From contig CAWEHK010000011.1 of the NCBI GenBank assembly GCA_963808625.1, positions 1-11,487 of the forward strand: 11,487 nucleotides of DNA, written 5' to 3'. Shown here piece after piece: positions 7,161 through 11,487 of the stretch. This stretch comes from an uncultured delta proteobacterium (lineage in GTDB: Bacteria; Desulfobacterota; Syntrophobacteria; Syntrophobacterales; Syntrophobacteraceae). How positions within the stretch are numbered: position 1 is the stretch's first letter; the number at the start of each line of letters is the position of its first letter. The notes under the pieces are model-generated. The model did no database searches, had not been told where the DNA came from, and saw nothing but the letters and a program-made list of their open reading frames with translations. The position numbers and the translations under genes were made by a program.

Positions 7161-8771
7161 TCAATGTTCTTCTCTGCGTCCTCTGCGCCCTCTGCGGTAA
7201 AAAAATGGAAATTCCTGTACGATTAAATTGCGGATCACCTGGCTTGCCCCCCCCGAGGTGCTGCGCATGAGCGCTTCCATCGCCTGGTCGATGCTGAAGC
7301 TGGCGGGCCGCTGGCGCGGCGGGAAGTCCTTGAAGGTCATCAGAGTCTGGCCGACGATGTTCTGGACCGGCACGGCGAGGAACGCGCGGCGATACCACCA
7401 ATCGTCGTAGTTCATCCCTTCCTGACCACGCTCGAAAGGATCAACCTCGAGGTCGAAAAAGATCGGGGCGCGCAGGGTGGTGAAGGGGCGGCGCCAGACG
7501 TCGATGCCGGTGGCTTCCTGAATCATGAAGTGGATCTTCAGGCGCTTGTAGCGCAGGGCGAGGAGATCGCCGTCATCACTGAAATAAAAGAATTCGTCGC
7601 GATTACCCTTCGGGCTCTTCCCGGCAAGGTAGTCGAGCTGATTGTAGCCGTCGAGATGCACTTTGAAGGTCTTCTCCCCGGCTTTGTGGCCGGCGAGGAG
7701 CTTTACCTTGATGTCCGGCACACCGGCGGCGGCGAGCAGAGTAGGCATCCAGTCTTCACCCGCGAAGATGTCGGTAAACTTGGTGCCGGGCTTGACTACG
7801 CCGGGCCAGCGGATAAAGGCGGGGACGCGCCAGCCGCCTTCCCAGTTGGTGTTCTTTTCACCGCGGAAGGGGGTGGTCCCGGCGTCCGGGTAGAGGCAGA
7901 CCATGGGGCCGTTGTCGGTGGTGTAAACCACGATGGTGTTTTCGGTGAGGCCAAGGTCATCCACGGTCTTCAGGAGTTGGCCGATGAGGGCATCGTGCTC
8001 GACCATGCCGTCGGCGTAGAAGCCGAGCCCGGTCTTACCGAGGTTCTCCGCCTTTACGTGGGTGAAATTGTGCATCCGCGTGGTGTTGAACCAGACGAAA
8101 AAGGGCTTGTTCGCCTGCTTCGCGCGGCCGATGAAATCGGTTGCGGCGGCCAGCACCTCCTCGTCGATGGTTTCCATCCGCTTCTTTGTCAGCGGGCCGG
8201 TATCCTCGATCTTGCCGCCCGCGGTCGCTTTCAGCACCCCGCGCGGTCCGAACTTCTTCTTGAAGTCGGGGCTACCGGGGTAGTCCGGATTCTCGGGCTC
8301 CTCCTCGGCGTTGAGGTGGTAGAGATTGCCGAAGAACTCGTCGAAGCCGTGATTGGTCGGCAGGAACTCATCTTTGTCGCCGAGATGGTTCTTGCCGAAC
8401 TGGCCGGTCATGTAGCCAAGCGGCTTGAGCAGTTCGGCGATGGTGGGATCCTCCTTGCGGAGGCCAAGGTCAGCCCCGGGCAGCCCGACCTTGGAAAGAC
8501 CGGTGCGGAACGGAAGCTGGCCGGTGATGAAGGCGGAGCGGCCCGCGGTGCAGCTCTGCTGCGCGTAATAGGTCATGAACTGAGCGCCTTCCGTGGCGAG
8601 GCGGTCGATGTTTGGCGTGTTGTAGCCCATCATGCCCTGATGGTAGGCGCTGATGTTGAAGATGCCGATGTCGTCGCCCATGATAAACAGGATGTTGGGT
8701 TGGTCTGCAGCCTGTAAGGCTGTGCCAAGCAGGAGGATGATTACAGTAAGAATTAACGAAAGTCTTTTCAT
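7161..8771 (-). CDS. Arylsulfatase (Cys-type, formylglycine-dependent), secreted
   Basis: Motifs PNILFIMGDD, SCTAGRSAFITG, GKNHLG, HGFDEFFG, TTDNG and GEKNTNWEGGWRVP; Sec signal peptide ending LQA; AGGAGAGG RBS. Confidence 0.95.
   Translation of the reverse strand: MKRLSLILTVIILLLGTALQAADQPNILFIMGDDIGIFNISAYHQGMMGYNTPNIDRLATEGAQFMTYYAQQSCTAGRSAFITGQLPFRTGLSKVGLPGADLGLRKEDPTIAELLKPLGYMTGQFGKNHLGDKDEFLPTNHGFDEFFGNLYHLNAEEEPENPDYPGSPDFKKKFGPRGVLKATAGGKIEDTGPLTKKRMETIDEEVLAAATDFIGRAKQANKPFFVWFNTTRMHNFTHVKAENLGKTGLGFYADGMVEHDALIGQLLKTVDDLGLTENTIVVYTTDNGPMVCLYPDAGTTPFRGEKNTNWEGGWRVPAFIRWPGVVKPGTKFTDIFAGEDWMPTLLAAAGVPDIKVKLLAGHKAGEKTFKVHLDGYNQLDYLAGKSPKGNRDEFFYFSDDGDLLALRYKRLKIHFMIQEATGIDVWRRPFTTLRAPIFFDLEVDPFERGQEGMNYDDWWYRRAFLAVPVQNIVGQTLMTFKDFPPRQRPASFSIDQAMEALMRSTSGGASQVIRNLIVQEFPFFYRRGRRGRREEH
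7172..7198 (-). repeat. Three 9-bp tandem units (accgcagag-ggcgcagag-gacgcagag), single arm
   Basis: Plus strand reads ctctgcgtc-ctctgcgcc-ctctgcggt. Same architecture as 73-99 (T-run, ACC start, three 9-mers, AAG). Confidence 0.8.
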
Positions 8772-8798
8772 GGCACCTCTCCTTGTCGTTCAATCGAT

Positions 8799-10043
8799 TT
8801 ACATCAAGGTCTTGAGAAGCATCTGCAGGATTTGCTTCACGGGCATCTGGATTGCCAGCACGACGATCATTGGCAGGGCTGCGGCAAAGACCACCGGCAC
8901 CACCGACGACTTGCCCAGCGGCACGATGCGCATGCGCGTCACCGCTTCGTAGAGGGAAGTCGTGTCGGCGACCGGGCCCAACTCGGGCGCGTTGAGAATC
9001 GCATCATCCTGCACCTCCTTCTCTTCTATCCATCGCTCACGTACGAGCCGTCCGTGGTGGCCGACGAGCGCTCCATAGTCTAGCAATGCCCGCTTCTTGG
9101 CACGCAAGAGCGGCCCGATGAACATGAAGAGCGGGGACAGAAACAGCACAACCACGAGGATGACAAAGGCAATCATGGGCAGCCGCAAAGACTGCACCGT
9201 GACGCCATGGTAGACCACATCGTGAGCCCAGCGGGAGGCGAGCACCGAGCTTGCAGCCAACGCCACAAAAAGAAACGCCTTCGGAAAGCGCTCGAGAAAA
9301 CCGAGCCCGCCTGCGCGGTCCGGATGGGTTGGCACGATGGAGAGGTTGAGCTTCGCGATGCGCCCGAACAGCAGGAACAACAGCACCACACGCCAGAGCC
9401 AGGACAGGAGCAGCGACAGATAAATCGGCCGGCCGATGTAGAGAAACCACCAGGCGCCAAAACCAAGATGATGCGATATCCCCTCACCATCAACCGCCCA
9501 TGTTATCTCATGGGACTGCTGCACAACGTCGGAGACCGTGATGACAGCAATGATGACGGCAAGGATCGCAACCCAGGGAAACGAGGCATTGCGCAGTTTG
9601 GCAATGTCCGTCAGCGCGGCACGGAAGCGCGGCACCTCCGTTTCCGGCATCACTTTGGACTGCACAAAATAGGGCAACAGGCGCATGCAGACACCGTGCG
9701 CAGGAGCTTCGGCGAAAATGAGCAGCGGCACGGCGACGAGGAATCTCACATGGATACCGAAATGTGCCAGCAGCGGCTCATTGCCCGCCTGGGGCAGCAC
9801 CCGGCCGGCGTACCATGCCCACAGCGCGATCGGCAGCCACGCAAAGAGCGACCAGAACACCGCCCGGCGGAGAATGCCGGGTCCCTTTGCGGGAATCAGC
9901 CCGAGGCGCCGCTGGAGACGGTAGATAAGATCGTCGCGGAGCAACGACAGGGCAAAGCTCTCCGGACCTGTCTGGTTACTGGTCCCACTTGAGCCCCCCT
10001 CGGACACCCCCTCATGCAGATGGCACTCCTCATTTTTGCTCAT
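8799..10043 (-). CDS. Uncharacterised polytopic inner-membrane protein (414 aa)
   Basis: About 7 hydrophobic segments; motifs PTHPDRAGGLGFL and YGALVGHHGRL. It stops 27 nt before the sulfatase start, on the same strand. Confidence 0.85.
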   Translation of the reverse strand: MSKNEECHLHEGVSEGGSSGTSNQTGPESFALSLLRDDLIYRLQRRLGLIPAKGPGILRRAVFWSLFAWLPIALWAWYAGRVLPQAGNEPLLAHFGIHVRFLVAVPLLIFAEAPAHGVCMRLLPYFVQSKVMPETEVPRFRAALTDIAKLRNASFPWVAILAVIIAVITVSDVVQQSHEITWAVDGEGISHHLGFGAWWFLYIGRPIYLSLLLSWLWRVVLLFLLFGRIAKLNLSIVPTHPDRAGGLGFLERFPKAFLFVALAASSVLASRWAHDVVYHGVTVQSLRLPMIAFVILVVVLFLSPLFMFIGPLLRAKKRALLDYGALVGHHGRLVRERWIEEKEVQDDAILNAPELGPVADTTSLYEAVTRMRIVPLGKSSVVPVVFAAALPMIVVLAIQMPVKQILQMLLKTLM

Positions 10044-10115
10044 GTCGCTTCTCGTTTCCTTTCATCAATATACCCAATTGCCTTTCCACTTCCGTACGTT
10101 GCATTTCTCCAAGCG

Positions 10116-10704
10116 ACCATTGAAGGCAGAGGATTCCGAGCCGGGAATGTAGTGATAGGCGACGACCAGGACGAAAGCGACAATTGGTCTCTTGAATGGT
10201 CTGTCGAATCTTGCGGACGGAGCGATTCAGAAGATAGATGAGCGCCGCCAGGACCACTGTCGAAACGAGGGTTAAGACGATCCCGGTGACAATACGGGTG
10301 ATGCTGCGCTCTGCCCGGTAGGCTTCAATGGCTCGCTGGATTTTGATTACGTAGGCTTTGGCCAAGGCGTTGCGGTCAGTGCCCTCAGCCCTGGCATCAG
10401 CGTCAAAAACGGCCATGATGAAGCGCTCATCCCCGGAGATTTCCGTCGCAAATTCCAGATCACCGGTAGTGATCGTTTCCGGCCGGAACGTGTAGTCAGC
10501 GGCAAGTTCTTTGATGCGAGCCGCAATCTGAGTGGCCCGCAGCTCAGGGGTAAAGGCCCTGGTTCCTGCCTGGATCGTGAAGAGGAGCTTGCCGTCCAGC
10601 TCCACCGGAGCCGGGGGCGGTTTGGGCGCATCCTCGGCGGCGGCGAAGGGGATACTCACAATCATCAGGAAAGCCACCGTAAATAACGCCCCGACCATTT
10701 TCAT
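10116..10704 (-). pseudogene. MscS-family mechanosensitive channel (large periplasmic N-domain type), internally deleted and frameshifted
   Basis: Signal peptide plus ~170 aa resembling the MscS N-terminal domain (LDGKLLFTI, ELRATQIAARI, AIEAYRAERS). An out-of-frame piece at 10184-10116 reads IVAFVLVVAYHYIPGSESSAFNG, like the recalled family motif AYPYIPGSxSxAFKG. The channel core is absent. Confidence 0.75.
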
Positions 10705-10936
10705 ACACAAAACCCTTCAGGTTTGAGATGCTTCCTCTTGCGCCGCGCTGCCGTCGGCATCTCCTGCTTCACCGACTCTTTAGCCTTTTCGCGTTCGGCT
10801 CGCTGTTCCTCGATCATCTGGTAGGCCGGATAGTATTTGTGGATGTCGCTGACGTACTGGACCGTGTCGCGACCGATCTTTTCGGAGGCAACCACCTTCA
10901 ACCTTTAAGGACCGACAAGAGTCTGTGATGATTCAT
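10701..10936 (-). pseudogene. MltF-like lytic transglycosylase remnant (putative 5' start fused to C-terminus)
   Basis: VVASEKIGRDTVQYVSDIHKYYPAYQMI resembles the recalled C-terminal motif of MltF-like proteins (IGRETVxYVSNIYKYYxAY). RBS GAGGAGAGG plus ATG at 10936 gives MNHHRLLSVLKG* in another frame. TGA at 10703-10701 overlaps the next ATG. Confidence 0.75.
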
Positions 10937-10937
10937 G

Positions 10938-11122
10938 TCACCTCTCCTCTTGGCTGGTCGTTTTGCCCATCGGCTGACCTTTGGTCCAACCGTGGTCAGG
11001 GTCAAACCAAATCATCCTGCCTGAAACTTCGACTGTCTTGAGACCGAAATCCTTCTGGTAGACCACACCGTCATGATTCACTGCGGGGGAAGAGATCCCG
11101 ATGCGCGACTAGACTCTGCCAT
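10938..11122 (-). pseudogene. DUF2950-family protein remnant (C-terminus), preceded by an orphan start
   Basis: 11081-10938 reads VNHDGVVYQKDFGLKTVEVSGRMIWFDPDHGWTK..., matching the recalled DUF2950 C-terminus (VNHDGVVYQKDLG...FDPD..W). An RBS plus ATG at 11122 gives MAESSRASGSLPPQ* in another frame. Confidence 0.7.
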
Positions 11123-11192
11123 AATATAATCCTTTCACTCCTCGACGTCAGCAAAATTGCTTTGCACACCGCAATTCCAAGCCACCATCCGA

Positions 11193-11410
11193 GTGCAACA
11201 CCACATAATAAAGTGTCCATTGCCAAAACGGTCATTCCAGCGGAGGCGCATTCACGTCAACTTAAGGATTTTTCATGCAGAATAAAGTGTCCATTACCCC
11301 CGGTCGTCATTCCCGCATGCTCTTGGCGGGAATCCAGTAACAAACCCTGGATGCCCACCTTCGCGGGCCTGACGACTGGAATTCGGACACTCATTTATGC
11401 GGAGCTGTAC
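11193..11410. mobile_element. Composite MITE with IS630-like ends and a CGTC REP pair
   Basis: 11192-11218 versus the reverse complement of 11385-11411 matches 20/27. REPs lie at 11305-11336 and 11348-11374. A 15-bp direct repeat aataaagtgtccatt occurs at 11207 and 11281. No TA duplication is preserved. Confidence 0.65.
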
Positions 11411-11487
11411 TTGATTTCGCAACGAAAGAGCCAAAGTGTCAGCGGCGGCAAAGACTGGTGGGATTGATCAGATCTTGATCCCGGCCT

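Noticed and set aside
7530..8717. 395-aa plus-strand ORF
   Set aside because: Antisense shadow of the high-GC arylsulfatase gene, with no recognisable motifs.
9207..9992. 261-aa plus-strand ORF (and similar ORFs at 1821-2426, 2640-3284, 5132-5617)
   Set aside because: They overlap well-supported genes on the opposite strand and lack protein-like features.
10115..10201. Inverted repeat gaccattgaag / cttgaatggtc (10/11) near both MscS deletion junctions
   Set aside because: The enclosed fragment is not inverted and the match is short, so it may be chance.
11170..11186. Sigma54-like motif TGGCTTGGAATTGC on the minus strand
   Set aside because: GG-to-GC spacing is 9 nt rather than the required 10. 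TGGCA motifs near 4607 and 4976 lack the -12 element.
945..11374. Recurrent palindromic repeats considered as a CRISPR array or integron attC sites
   Set aside because: No regular repeat-spacer periodicity, no cas or integrase gene, and no RYYYAAC/GTTRRRY boxes. They fit REP/MITE patterns.

Overview
Accessory, repeat-rich bacterial region of moderate-to-high GC; the gene style suggests Desulfobacterota/deltaproteobacteria (inference only). Intact genes: a TauE/SafE-family exporter, a signal-peptide-bearing SagB/ThcOx-type nitroreductase, two tandem paralogous 337-aa secreted proteins built from five repeats (four with C-x10-C, most with DxDGD-like loops), an M24 (Xaa-Pro) peptidase, a small lipoprotein, a CTAGR-type arylsulfatase and a polytopic membrane protein. 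Upstream of the last two lies a decayed operon. DUF2950-like, MltF-like and MscS-like genes there are reduced to fragments by internal deletions but keep their RBSs and junctions. Four small non-autonomous elements with IS-like terminal inverted repeats (one containing a nested fifth) carry different palindromic cargo: CGTC-type REPs, GTAG-type REPs and a 9-bp-periodic palindrome. A TauE remnant and a good sigma70 promoter with a ~480-nt leader are also visible. No transposase, CRISPR array, tRNA or rRNA was recognised. All family assignments come from recalled motifs, not database searches.
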